A stretch of DNA of 63,810 nucleotides, counting the filler. It is 6 parts of 6 records of this genome, joined end to end, with 100 filler letters (N's around TTAATTAATTAA, not from the genome) between each part and the next. Parts side by side here need not be neighbours in the genome. Positions count along the whole stretch, not along the records: positions 16,628 to 21,909 come from SRR31156797_6779; positions 22,010 to 29,142 come from SRR31156797_6788; positions 29,243 to 47,237 come from SRR31156797_6792; 3 more parts are not named here. One strand, 5' to 3'. The translations under genes and the position numbers were made by a program. Below are positions 20,692-31,376 of the stretch, one piece after another. Position 1 is the first letter of the stretch. Each line of letters opens with the position of its first letter. Below the pieces are notes generated by a model that worked only from the letters and a program-made list of their open reading frames with translations, made no database searches and was not told the origin of the DNA.

Positions 20692-21909
20692 ATGAAAAAA
20701 ATTTTTAGTCCTTTTTTTAATCCATATATTGGACCTATTTTAGTAATAGGCTTAACTCTTATTTATCTTATAGTTTTTATTTTACCAGAGTTTTCAAATA
20801 AAAATAAAATGGATGAGATGACAAAACAATCTATTGAAATGGTAAGTAATTTAAAAAAAATCAGAAGCTATTATACATCTCATGTAATAAAAGAAGTTAA
20901 AAATAATAGTGATATAGAAATAAACTATGAGCATGACAATAAAAAAGGAGTTATTCCTTTACCTGCGACATTTCTTCATGACTTAAGTGAGCTTGTTACA
21001 AAAAAAGATATGCATATAAAAATGTATAGTAACTATCCTTTCCCAAATAGAAAAGATAGAGTTTTAAGTGATTTTGAAAAAGAGTCTTTACGATACTTAG
21101 TAAATAATCCAACAAATATCTATAAAAAAGAAGTAAATGAAGATGGTCAAAAAGTATTTAAAGTAGCAATTGCTGATATTTTCTATGACCAGTCTTGTGT
21201 TTCATGTCATAATACAAGAGCTGATACTCCAAAAAATAATTGGAAATTAGGTGACGTTAGAGGAGTTATTCAAGTTTCAATACCTATTGAAGACAATTTC
21301 TTACTGACAAGTAAACAAATTATTCTTACTATGTCTGCTTTAGTTGGTATTATATTTATCTTGGGAGTTCACTACACAGTTATCTCAATTGAGAGACAAA
21401 AAGAGCATAAAAATGCTAGAAGAAAACTTGAAGAAAAGGTAGAAGATAGAACACAAACTCTACAAAATACAGTTAAACTACTAAACCAATATAAAAAAGC
21501 TGTTGACTCTAGTGCTATTGTTTCTAAAACTGATAAAAGGGGCATTATTACTTATGTAAATGATGAGTTTATAAAAGTTTCTCAATACAAAGAAGAAGAG
21601 CTTATTGGAAAAAGTCACAATATCGTAAGACATGAAGATATGCCAAGTGAAATCTTTGAAGATTTATGGAAAACAATCTGCGCTAAAAAGATTTGGAAAG
21701 GTCAAATTAAAAACAAAGCAAAAGATGGCAGTGCATATCATGTAGCTTCTACTATTGTGCCTATTTTAAACTACAATGATGAAATAGAGGAGTTCTTAGC
21801 TATAAGATTAGATGTTACGGATATTGTTCATGCCCAACAAAAAGCGCAAAAGGCGGATGAGGCGAAATCGACGTTCTTGGCAAATATGAGTCATGAAATA
21901 AGAACACCA
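20692..21909 (+). CDS. Sensor histidine kinase with periplasmic DUF3365-like CxxCH domain and PAS, 3'-truncated
   Basis: TM, LPAT...YPFPNR, CVSCH, WKLGDVRG, TM, PAS (SKTD..GIITYVN), H-box FLANMSHEIRTP at the contig end. Confidence 0.88.
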
Positions 21910-22009
21910 NNNNNNNNNNNNNNNNNNNNNNNNNNNNNNNNNNNNNNNNNNNNTTAATTAATTAANNNNNNNNNNNNNNNNNNNNNNNNNNNNNNNNNNN
22001 NNNNNNNNN
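21910..22009. other. Artificial contig linker
   Basis: N44-TTAATTAATTAA-N44. Confidence 0.99.
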
Positions 22010-22587
22010 TCATGCGAAAAAGAAAAAATATCGACAATACTTCCACGAACTGAAAACTGTCCTGGTTCGTAAACAAAATCAACACGTTCAAAACCGTATT
22101 CGTACAAAAATTCGTTGATAAAGTCAATTGAAATTTTATCGCCACTTTTTACCTGAAGTGTATTGTTTTCAAGGTTGGCGTTTGAAATTACTTTTTCAAC
22201 AACTGCTTCGGGGTATGAAATTACACAGAATGGTTTCTCTTTTTTCGATAGTAAATTTAGTACTTCGGTACGTTGTACTATATTTTCCTGCTCGGGATTA
22301 TCGTATTGAACAGAGCGTTTATAAGAGGAAGGGAAAAATAACGTATTTTCTGAAAATCCCAGGTTGTTCAGGTCGTCGAAAAAATAGGCAGCTTCTTCGC
22401 GGTTGTTTAACAAAACCACCAGGTTTTTTTGGATGCCATTAAAAAGGGACGCAAGTAAGATGGTTTTTAATGAGCCAATAATACCATGCAGGTGAAATTT
22501 TTCACCCGGGGGGGCAGCAGTTTTTTTAACTACTTGCGCAAAACCATTGTGCCCCTCAAAATATTTTAGAAACGAAGCAGTTTCCAA
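22010..22587 (-). CDS. mfd: Transcription-repair coupling factor Mfd, 5' part
   Basis: EEAAYFFDDL, FFPSSYKR, RTEVL, FERVDFVYEPGQFSVRGSIVDIFS (UvrB-homology region); TTG start at 22587 preferred because a promoter element overlaps 22605. Confidence 0.9.
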
Positions 22588-22602
22588 AACCGAAATTTTC
22601 GG

Positions 22603-22610
22603 CAAAGATA
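22603..22610 (-). promoter_or_regulatory. Bacteroidota -7 promoter element for mfd
   Basis: TATCTTTG on the - strand. Confidence 0.55.
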
Positions 22611-22632
22611 ATTTTTAAGTGTTTTGGTAAAT

Positions 22633-22663
22633 AAAAAAGAGAGCAAACTTTGCTCTCTTTTTT
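22633..22663 (-). terminator. Intrinsic (bidirectional) terminator
   Basis: AAAAAAGAGAGCAAA-C-TTTGCTCTCTTTTTT inverted repeat directly after the stop at 22665. Confidence 0.8.
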
Positions 22664-22664
22664 A

Positions 22665-23057
22665 CTATTTAGTATTGTTCTTTCCGTTGTAATGGTAGAT
22701 AATCTTTACTAAACCACTTGGTGTAATTACAGCACGTTCGTCTTTTAGTTTCATTTCAATGTCTCCATCACCGTCTATATCTGCACTTAGCGAAATTCGT
22801 ACAATAGCAAACGGCATAGAGAAATTCAATAGAGGATCATCACTATCAAGTTGAAATGTAAGTACACGTAAGTAATTTCCCGATGGGCTGATTTTAATAC
22901 TTTCAGTACCATTCTCCAAGGTGAAGGAATATTTGCTATTTCCAAAACTAATGGATACATCGGTGCTGTTTGTAGAAGTTACTTGCGCATAAAGTTGGGT
23001 TGAGCTAATTAGGGAGAAAACAAAAAGTAACATTAGATATGAGCCTAACTTTTTCAT
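22665..23057 (-). CDS. Secreted hypothetical protein
   Basis: Signal peptide MKKLGSYLMLLFVFSLISSTQLYAQ from ATG 23057; beta-rich; DIDGDGD motif. Confidence 0.65.
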   Translation of the reverse strand: MKKLGSYLMLLFVFSLISSTQLYAQVTSTNSTDVSISFGNSKYSFTLENGTESIKISPSGNYLRVLTFQLDSDDPLLNFSMPFAIVRISLSADIDGDGDIEMKLKDERAVITPSGLVKIIYHYNGKNNTK

Positions 23058-23392
23058 CTTCTTAATTTTATGGGTTTGTAATTGTTGCAATTTAAGGATT
23101 GTTTTTGATAAAATCCAAATTCTCAGGTACATCTGTTCATGTTTCATCTTTTATATCCTTAAAAAACGTATTGTTTTGTATACCAGCAAGTAAAATGTTG
23201 TGCAAGCAAGTTTTCTTTCAAAAATGGTTGAAAACCTTCTTCAATTGGTCCAGTCGTGCGTACCGGAATGTCCTCTAAGGTGTAGTTTTTTATCCTTTTT
23301 AAGCAGTTAACGCTAATGCTGATAGAACTATTTTTTTCGAAATGGTATTGTAAAACATTTATATCCAATACGAAAAAGCCTATTTTTAAAAT

Positions 23393-23809
23393 ATGGGTCA
23401 TGCCTATTCATACCGATGCGATCATTGTGGTTTTCAGGAAAACTTTAACCAGGGACATGGATTTTTAGTGCATTCGCAATTGCTAACCGATTACCTTCAT
23501 TTACCTACCAAGATATTCCATTATAAAACGCATCAACTGTTACGTCGATTGGCAACCCAAAAAAAAGACTTGTTTGTAAAAGCCGGATTTCAGATTTATA
23601 AATGTCCTAAATGTAAAACACTCTACGATAAAATAGAGGTTTCGGTTTTTGATGAAGAAAAGAAAATTCATAAAAGTGAATTCAGGTGCAAAGAGTGCCG
23701 GTCGCGTTTAAAACTTACCAATATCCATCGTTTAAAAAGAGCATTTTGCCCCAAATGTCGTCATCGTTCCTTTCATCGCGATTTTGTACAACACGAGCTG
23801 TGGCCTTAA
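23393..23809 (+). CDS. Zinc-ribbon protein with four CxxC motifs
   Basis: CDHC, CPKC, CKEC and CPKC in 138 aa; His-rich. Confidence 0.65.
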   Translation: MGHAYSYRCDHCGFQENFNQGHGFLVHSQLLTDYLHLPTKIFHYKTHQLLRRLATQKKDLFVKAGFQIYKCPKCKTLYDKIEVSVFDEEKKIHKSEFRCKECRSRLKLTNIHRLKRAFCPKCRHRSFHRDFVQHELWP

Positions 23810-24546
23810 ATTTTTTCTTCACACTCTGTTTTATATTCTGCAAAGGTTTTATTGGTGGGGTATTTTTGAGTTAGAATTTTAAAATGCGCCAAACCAATCT
23901 GTGGTTTTCCTTCAATTTTCTGATACATGCGTGCAAGAAAAAAATGTGCCACAGTATTCAGAATTACATTCTCTTCTCCTGCAAATTTTTCCATACGTTC
24001 TAACTTTTTTTCGCGGGTAGCCGACTTTTTAGCATTAGCAAAAAAGTTAATGTTTTCGATGTACTGGTACATGATAACATAGGTTTCGAAAAGTTTTTGT
24101 TCGTCACCGTTAAAAGGCGGATCTTCTTTTTCAATTTCACGAATTAAGTCGCGTATATCTGCCCTGGCCGAGAGCATCCCAAAAAGATTGAATTTCTTTT
24201 TTTCGTAACGTAACTGGTAAGATCTTACAATTATCTGGAGCATTTTTTTTTCGTAGGTATCCGTTTCCGGAAGTATTGAATTATCAATTAAATCATCGAG
24301 TTTACGCGAGTTTTCTTTCGAATAAGTTGTTCTGTACTTCCACCAATGCAAATCGAGGTTTAAAAAGGTATTGTAAAATTCGCTCAGTTGATTTTTTCCA
24401 TCGCTTAATGTTTTTTCAGCTTCTGGTAAGTTTTGCTCGTAGATTAAAGTAAAAACACGGTGTGCGATACTATCGTTGTTGCTGGCAATTGCTTCGTTGT
24501 TAAAGTTTAGAATTAAAAAAAGAAATAGAATTACCCGTTGAATCAT
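23806..24546 (-). CDS. Secreted helical (TPR-like) hypothetical protein
   Basis: Signal peptide; C-terminal TPR-like AHFFLARMY...KYPTN; paralog of 24630-25367. Confidence 0.7.
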   Translation of the reverse strand: MIQRVILFLFLILNFNNEAIASNNDSIAHRVFTLIYEQNLPEAEKTLSDGKNQLSEFYNTFLNLDLHWWKYRTTYSKENSRKLDDLIDNSILPETDTYEKKMLQIIVRSYQLRYEKKKFNLFGMLSARADIRDLIREIEKEDPPFNGDEQKLFETYVIMYQYIENINFFANAKKSATREKKLERMEKFAGEENVILNTVAHFFLARMYQKIEGKPQIGLAHFKILTQKYPTNKTFAEYKTECEEKI

Positions 24547-24629
24547 CTCGTAAATTTTCTCTAAAATAAAAAGAATCCAGGCTTATAACCGGTTACATGG
24601 GTTTAAAATTGTATAAAATGCACAAAATC

Positions 24630-25367
24630 TTAGTTGAGGTGATCGTTACACTCCTTTAAAAACTCAGGAAAAATAACATTGTCAGGGTATTTGTTTTTTA
24701 GCCACTCGAAATGCGTTTTGGCCATTTTGGGATTTTTTTCGTATTTCAAATAAGTTTTTGCCAAAAAATAGTGGGTTAAGGTTTGCACCAGTTTTTCTTC
24801 TGATTTGCTTAGATCTTCCATTTCTTTTAGAGCTTGTAAACGTTTTTGTTTTTGATTGCCCGGCAAAAATGTTTGTAAATATTGATCGAAATATTCAAAC
24901 AGAGCGTTGTACAGCAGAAATAAATTTTGGTGTTTCGTCGGGAGTTTGTCTTTGTTCGTTTTTAATTCTTTAAACAATTTCTTTGTCTGTTGTCGCGAAC
25001 CAATGGCTGCAACTATTCGAAAACGTTTTAATTCATATCGAAGTTGGTATGAAAGGAAGACCAAATGAATGACTTTCTCGTTAAAAGTTGTTGGATTGTT
25101 TGTTTTATAACAATCCATATCTTTCTCAAATGCTTTGTAATTTGGCTGAAATGTTCCGGTTACATTTTTCCAGTAACTTAGCTCAATGTTGGTTACCGCG
25201 AAGTAGAAAGAATCCAGTTCCGTTTTGTTTTTATGAATTAGTTGGTAAGCAACTTCGTAATTTTGGTTATATATCTCGTTAAAAATATTTTCAACAATAC
25301 TGTCTTGTGGATTTCCTGCCACAGAAACTGAAAAAAATAGTGCTATAAAAAATCCGAAGAGCCGCAT
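24630..25367 (-). CDS. Secreted helical (TPR-like) hypothetical protein
   Basis: Signal peptide; THYFLAKTY...KYPDN; shares YQLRYE block with 23806-24546. Confidence 0.7.
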   Translation of the reverse strand: MRLFGFFIALFFSVSVAGNPQDSIVENIFNEIYNQNYEVAYQLIHKNKTELDSFYFAVTNIELSYWKNVTGTFQPNYKAFEKDMDCYKTNNPTTFNEKVIHLVFLSYQLRYELKRFRIVAAIGSRQQTKKLFKELKTNKDKLPTKHQNLFLLYNALFEYFDQYLQTFLPGNQKQKRLQALKEMEDLSKSEEKLVQTLTHYFLAKTYLKYEKNPKMAKTHFEWLKNKYPDNVIFPEFLKECNDHLN

Positions 25368-25370
25368 GTG

Positions 25371-25823
25371 TTATTTTATTGAAGAATCGAAGAGCATTCC
25401 AAAATGAGGAATACCATCTTCAAGATATTCTTCGGTTATAATTTTAAAATCCAAATCCTCGTAAAACTTACGCAGGTATTTTTGTGCACTGATTTTTATC
25501 TTTGTTGCTTTCCATTCGTTTATAATGAATGTTTTTGCTTCTTCAATAATTTGAATGCCAAGCCCGGTTCTTCTATCAGAATTTTTAACAAGCACACGGC
25601 CAATTGAATAATCGTGGAAGCGGGTACCTGGTTTTAAGAGACGGGCGTAACCAATAATTTCGTTGTTTTTTAAAACAAAAATATGGGTAGCTTCTTTATC
25701 CAGGTCGTCCAAATCGTTAAAAACGCAATCTTGTTCCACTACAAAAATTTCGGCCCGCAGCTTTAATATGTCGTACAGTTCAGTGTTTGAAAGCTCGTTA
25801 AAACGCTTGAATATAAAAGTCAT
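25371..25823 (-). CDS. ElaA-family GNAT acetyltransferase
   Basis: F.EL...ELY.ILKLR.EIFVVEQ.C, IGRV, SAQ.YL..FY, YLEDGIPH. Confidence 0.9.
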   Translation of the reverse strand: MTFIFKRFNELSNTELYDILKLRAEIFVVEQDCVFNDLDDLDKEATHIFVLKNNEIIGYARLLKPGTRFHDYSIGRVLVKNSDRRTGLGIQIIEEAKTFIINEWKATKIKISAQKYLRKFYEDLDFKIITEEYLEDGIPHFGMLFDSSIK

Positions 25824-25958
25824 AACAATTGTCTGGAGCAAGGCAAAACGCGCATTGCGGTTATTTTGTACAATGATACTACTTTTTACTGGTGCAAATT
25901 ATAGCAAAGTATTTTTTATTCGCTGACTTTTTTCCTATCGGTAAGAGAGAGTTCCCTT

Positions 25959-27317
25959 TTAAAAAAACAAACTCGCCAATAAGGTAAATACGAGTCCACA
26001 AACGGCAATTATCGATTCCATTACTGTCCACGACTGCAAAGTTTGTTTCTCGTTCATTCCAAAGTATTTTCCAACCAGCCAAAAGCCGCTGTCGTTTACG
26101 TGCGAAAGTAAAGTGGCTCCGGATGCAATAGCCAAAACAACTAATGCCCGGTGTGGATCGTTTAAGCCAAATTCGTTTAAAACCGGGGCAACAATTCCGG
26201 CAGCAGTAATCATTGCCACAGTTGCCGATCCTTGAGTTACACGAACTACTGCCGCCAATAGCCAGGCCAAAAATATTGGAGGCAATGCCGAGTTGGCCAT
26301 TCCTTCTGCCATAATTTTTCCGATTCCACTATCCACCAATACTTGTTTTAAAACGCCGCCGGCTCCTGTAATTAGAATGATAATTCCTGCCGGGCCAAGT
26401 GCTTTTGTTGAAAGATTCAAAATTTTTTGTTTGTCCATGCCTCGTTTTAGGCATAAATAGTAGGTGGCTGTTAAGGTTGCTACTATCAAGGCACAAAAAG
26501 GGTGGCCAATAAACTCGAGCACTTCGGTTACAACAGATTTTGAAACGATTTCTTTTTTAACGGCTAAGCCAGTAAAGGTATTTACCAATATGAGCAACAA
26601 AGGAATGGCTATGATTAATGCGATCAGACGAAACGAAGGCAGATTTTGGTCGTCATACGTATTTTCTTTTGCAATTTCAAACGTTTCAGGTGGAGTTAGA
26701 TGGATCTTCTTTGAAATGAATTTTCCCCATAACGGACCAGCAATAACAGCCGTTGGAAATCCTAAAATGGCTCCAAAAAGGATCACCCATCCGAGTTGCA
26801 CATTGATAATATCGGCAACAGCAACAGGCCCCGGGGTTGGGGGAATAAAACTATGGGTTACCGCCAAACCGGCAAGCAAGGGGATGCCATAATACAACAA
26901 CGAACGTTTGGTATCGCGCGATAAGGCATAAATGATAGGAATGATGATGATTAATCCAACATCGAAAAAAACAGGAATGGCCACAATAAATCCGGTTAAA
27001 ACCATGGCCCATGAGGCTTTGTCGGTTCCAAATTTTTTGACCAGATAATGTGCCAGCGATTCAGCTCCTCCCGAGCTTTCCAGCATTTGCCCAAAAATAG
27101 CACCCAAACCAACAACGGTAGCTACAAAACCAAGGGTTCCGGCCATACCATCCTGTATGGCTTTTGTTACCTCTTTTAATGGCATTCCGGCTATTATTCC
27201 AACATAAATAGCAGTTATCAACAGAGAAATGAATGCCGAAATCTTTAGTTTCAGCACCATGAAAAGCAGCAACACCACTGCTGAAAACACAATAAAAATC
27301 AGGAAAGACGTAGACAT
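25959..27317 (-). CDS. GntP-family gluconate:H+ symporter
   Basis: IPVFFDVG, HSFIPPTPGP, QGSATVA, SHVNDSGFW motifs; many TMs. Confidence 0.92.
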   Translation of the reverse strand: MSTSFLIFIVFSAVVLLLFMVLKLKISAFISLLITAIYVGIIAGMPLKEVTKAIQDGMAGTLGFVATVVGLGAIFGQMLESSGGAESLAHYLVKKFGTDKASWAMVLTGFIVAIPVFFDVGLIIIIPIIYALSRDTKRSLLYYGIPLLAGLAVTHSFIPPTPGPVAVADIINVQLGWVILFGAILGFPTAVIAGPLWGKFISKKIHLTPPETFEIAKENTYDDQNLPSFRLIALIIAIPLLLILVNTFTGLAVKKEIVSKSVVTEVLEFIGHPFCALIVATLTATYYLCLKRGMDKQKILNLSTKALGPAGIIILITGAGGVLKQVLVDSGIGKIMAEGMANSALPPIFLAWLLAAVVRVTQGSATVAMITAAGIVAPVLNEFGLNDPHRALVVLAIASGATLLSHVNDSGFWLVGKYFGMNEKQTLQSWTVMESIIAVCGLVFTLLASLFF

Positions 27318-27452
27318 GTGGTTTAGTTTTAGTTCTGTTTAAAGTTAGAATTTGTGCTGTGTTTTGCAAAATACATAGTGAAAGGAAAAGAACAATCAAC
27401 ACTCATTTAATAAAGTTTTATCACATTATTTTCATTTAGAGTCCTCCTTGTT

Positions 27453-27460
27453 TATCTTTG
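27453..27460 (+). promoter_or_regulatory. Bacteroidota -7 promoter element
   Basis: TATCTTTG about 20 nt upstream of the start at 27482. Confidence 0.5.
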
Positions 27461-27481
27461 GTTAACAAAAAGTAACAATTT

Positions 27482-29142
27482 TTGAGACCTACCCTGCTTT
27501 GCATAATGTTAGTTTTCATGTCTGGTTTTTGTTTTGCACAGGAAAACTTAGTTGTACGAAAAGTAAAATTTCGTGGGAACAAACATTTTCCCAATTACCG
27601 TCTTCGTGATGAGATTACCATGGAATCAAGTTACTGGATAAAAGAAAAAATATTTGGGAAAGAACCAGTCTATTACACCACAAAGCTATACCAGGAGGAT
27701 TTAAAAAGGCTTAAAATTTTTTATCAGAAACAAGGTTACCTGCAGGTTCATTTTAAAGCTCCGGAGATTGTAGTAAAAAAACGAAAAGTAGAGGTAAATA
27801 TTTCTATTGAGGAAGGCGAGCCGGTCTATATTTCAGATATCTCTTATACCGTTGATTCTGTTTTTAACCTGGAAGATGTGTTACGAATTCGCGAAAAAAA
27901 GAAACTGTTGTTTCAAACCGAAGCAGTAGATTCGAAAATATTTCACGACGAAGCTATCACAAACGATAGGGTTTTAATTGCAGAGGCATTTTTTGACAAT
28001 GGATATCCATATACCAATGTCGAACACAGTTTGCAGGTTGATACGATTAGTAAGCTAACTAAAATTGACTGGATGGTTACCCGTGGTCCCAGGTCTTATT
28101 TTGGTTCAACCAAAATAGAAGGAAATAAACGTGTACCAACAAAAAGTATCATGCGGCAACTGGATTATAAGAAAGGAGAAGTTTGGAGCAAAAAAAAGAT
28201 CGATCAAACACAAAAGCAGATTTATAACCAGGGAAACTATCGTGTGGCATCGGTACGGGCTCAGATGGGGATTGCGATGCACGATACCATTCCAATGGCT
28301 GTAACAATTAAAGAAGCACCACGTTGGTCGGTACGATTTGGTGCCGGATATGGCAGGGAGGATAAATTCAGGGCCTTTACCGATGTGCAATACCTGAGTT
28401 TTTTAACACACACCGGACGATTAAATTTTTACGCCAAACACTCGGGGCTCGAACCTTATAATGTTTATTTAAAATTTTCACAACCTTCTTTCCTGTTTCC
28501 TATGAATACCTTAACCGTTCATCCTTTTGTACAAAGAGAGGATGAGCCAGGGTATGACCTAAAGAAGGCCGGTTTTAACATTACTTTTCTGCAAAGTTTT
28601 TCGGAAGAATTAAATACTTCAATTGGGATTGTTTACGAAGATGTGAAATTGGATACAACCGGTTATTCCGAAGGAAATAATTCTTCTGATATCGAATCGA
28701 TCTACAAAAAAACAGGGATAGTAGTCGGTGGAATTTATAATAATGCTGAACCAATACTCGATCCTGTACAGGGCTATTCTGTTTCGTTTAATACGAAAAC
28801 AAATGATATAATTTTTAAAGGAGATATGCCATTTTACAGGCTTTTGCTTGAATTGAAAACCTTTGTTGGAGTAAAAAAAGGGGTGGTATTGGCTTTAAAA
28901 GGAAAAATGGGTGGCGTTGGCCGAACTGACAATGAGACATTTATACCAGTGGAAGAACGATTTTATGCCGGGGGGAGTCATTCCGTTCGGGGATGGTCAA
29001 GAAGTGATCTTGGTCCGAAAGACGAGAACGGAGTACCAATTGGGGGGAATAGTTTGCTGGAAGGATCGGCTGAATTACGATTTGAGATAGGACGGAAATT
29101 TAAGCTGAATGTGTTTATGGATGCCGGTAATGTTTGGGAAGA
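27482..29142 (+). CDS. BamA/TamA (Omp85) family outer-membrane protein, 3'-truncated
   Basis: POTRA repeats (V.F.GN, Y.KQGY, I.EG, IEGN); barrel motif ERFYAGGSHSVRGW, F.DAGNVW. Confidence 0.9.
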
Positions 29143-29242
29143 NNNNNNNNNNNNNNNNNNNNNNNNNNNNNNNNNNNNNNNNNNNNTTAATTAATTAANN
29201 NNNNNNNNNNNNNNNNNNNNNNNNNNNNNNNNNNNNNNNNNN
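29143..29242. other. Artificial contig linker
   Basis: N44-TTAATTAATTAA-N44. Confidence 0.99.
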
Positions 29243-29361
29243 TGACCAGACTTGGAGTTAGAGAGCATCGAGGTTTATTTTTAAACGCTGTCAGATCTGA
29301 AAAAGACGCTGATAGGTTGAAATATTAAAGTTAGTTGTATTCGGAAGCTCGGGTGAAGGCA

Positions 29362-29379
29362 CCCGTCCTGAAGGACGGG
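29362..29379. repeat. REP-like GC-rich palindrome
   Basis: CCCGTCCT-GA-AGGACGGG perfect inverted repeat in an AT-rich intergenic region. Confidence 0.5.
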
Positions 29380-29464
29380 GTAATACCAAATTAACATTTA
29401 GAAAGTGTTTTTCTGTCAGGCAGAATACGATATACAAACTCGCTAGCCGAAAGAATTGAAAACA

Positions 29465-29965
29465 TTAGTTTCTATTCACAAATCGATCTTCGGCGATCAA
29501 CTTATGGTAGTTCTTTAATCTTTCTTTAGCCTGATCGTGCATACGGACTGAACGGATCTTAAAATCGTTAACGAAAGTTCCTAGATTACCGATTAATGTA
29601 TTTTTGCCGCGAATAGCTTTTAATAAAGCACTTAAAAGAATCAACAGAACACATAATGCGAACATCACATATTTTAAAAATTGCATGCCTTTTCCTGTAA
29701 ATGAACAATCAATACCTAAGCTATATTTCTGATCGACGAATGCTAGTAATTCTTTGAAATAAAAACCTATTATTACTAATCCAACCGTACCCATTAAGAA
29801 AAATGACCAAGAGAAAATAAAATTGACAAATGAAGTTAATGGTTTAAAGGCAACAGCTATTTGTGCATCCGCTTCGAACTGACCAATTAAACCCAAATTT
29901 TCTTCCAATTCATTAATCTGTGACTTGTACTCATTTTCAATTTCAGTGCGTAAAGTTTTATCCAT
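29465..29965 (-). CDS. Two-TM membrane hypothetical protein
   Basis: 166-aa ORF with two hydrophobic segments; TACGTTTG (-7 element) at 29996-30003 upstream. Confidence 0.65.
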   Translation of the reverse strand: MDKTLRTEIENEYKSQINELEENLGLIGQFEADAQIAVAFKPLTSFVNFIFSWSFFLMGTVGLVIIGFYFKELLAFVDQKYSLGIDCSFTGKGMQFLKYVMFALCVLLILLSALLKAIRGKNTLIGNLGTFVNDFKIRSVRMHDQAKERLKNYHKLIAEDRFVNRN

Positions 29966-30515
29966 TTCAAATAGGTTTTAATATTTCATAATTTACAAAC
30001 GTAATTATATTATTTGTAAAATAGACATGTCAAGTTAGCCAAGTTAATTTTGCTCCTTATAAAATATCTATTCTACTCAATCTCCCATTCTGGAATTAGC
30101 TAAAGAATTAAGCAATCTGATTTTATGGAGTTCTTTTAAATGTTCGTCTTCCTCTTTTTGCAATGGATTTAGCCATTTTTTTTAACCCAATGAAAGTATT
30201 CTTAATACTCTGAGGAAAAACATGCTTGTGATTTCATTACTACATTTCTTGTTTGTAGTCGATTTAAGAATACTACACCAATGGCATTCCGATGAAATTA
30301 GAGGCATTCTAGTGAATTGCCAAATTTTACTTTTTATTGAATCAATAATCCTTATAAAAACAGTCAATATTAGCAATCGCATAAATCAAAGCATCTTATG
30401 AGTCTTCTACTTATCTTAATTTATAAGAATTTCTAAAATACATCTTATTTAAAAAGGCATTTTAGATTTAAAAGAGTAACTTTACTGGATAGTTTTACCC
30501 AGTAAAAACAGAAAA

Positions 30516-31376
30516 ATGGCAAAATATACTTTTTCGGGACATGAAACCTTTTACTGCAGACATTATTGGCTGAAAAAAGGTTATGATTTCTTAAGAGAAG
30601 GCAATAAATTTAGTGATGATAATGCAGTTACAAAACTTGGTGTAGGTAAAAATATGGTTACCTCCATCCGATTTTGGATTCGTGCATTCGGCATCATTAA
30701 TGAAAACAAAGATGGTGAAAATAATCAATTGACTAGTGAATTTGGGGATAAAATATTTGCGGACAATGGATTTGACCCATTTTTAGAAGACAGTAATTCT
30801 TTGTGGCTACTACATTATCATTTAGTAAAAAAGAAATATGCTTCCATTTATCATTTGTTTTTTAATAAGTTAAAAAATGGAAGTCGTGAATTTAATGATG
30901 ACAGAATAAAAAAAGGAATCGTATATCTTACCGAAGAGCATAATCAAGAGAGACCAAGTGATAAAACTTTAGATAGTGATATTAAAGTTTTTAAAGCTAA
31001 TTACATGCAACCTAAAAGCCCAAAGAATATAGAAGATGAATTCATGGGATTGCTTCAGGAACTTCACCTTTTTGAATCAAATAAAAATATTGTTGTTGAC
31101 AATACTGATAGAGATGAGATTTCGGAAGAGCTATTTTTGTATTGCCTTTTAGATCGATTTGAGGGAGAAAATTCTATTTCAGTTGAAACTATTTTAAAAA
31201 CTGAAAATAGCCCTGCACTCATATTCTGCATAACAGAACATGGTGTTATTAAAAAGTTAAAAAAAATAGAAGAAAAATATGATTCAATCATATTTTCTGA
31301 AAACTCAGGAGTAAGAGAATTGCAGTTACAAATGCCACTAAAAAAGTGGGAAATTTTAGGAGATTATTATGGATAA
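30516..31376 (+). CDS. DUF4007-family protein, SspB-like
   Basis: Family-typical N-terminus FSGHETF..R..WLKKG, LGVGKNMV.SIRFW, DPFLED..SLWLLHY; first gene of the DUF4007-ATPase-PAPS reductase operon. Confidence 0.85.
   Translation: MAKYTFSGHETFYCRHYWLKKGYDFLREGNKFSDDNAVTKLGVGKNMVTSIRFWIRAFGIINENKDGENNQLTSEFGDKIFADNGFDPFLEDSNSLWLLHYHLVKKKYASIYHLFFNKLKNGSREFNDDRIKKGIVYLTEEHNQERPSDKTLDSDIKVFKANYMQPKSPKNIEDEFMGLLQELHLFESNKNIVVDNTDRDEISEELFLYCLLDRFEGENSISVETILKTENSPALIFCITEHGVIKKLKKIEEKYDSIIFSENSGVRELQLQMPLKKWEILGDYYG

Noticed and set aside
21954-22145. ORFs extending into N-linkers (also 53359-53583)
   Set aside because: Artefacts of translating through the linker
29362-29379. IS200/IS605 element end
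   Set aside because: Only an isolated hairpin is present; no tnpA or tnpB on the contig
30060-30420. 66-aa ORF 30182-30382 and adjoining frames
   Set aside because: No recognisable motif and many stops in neighbouring frames; at most a decayed remnant
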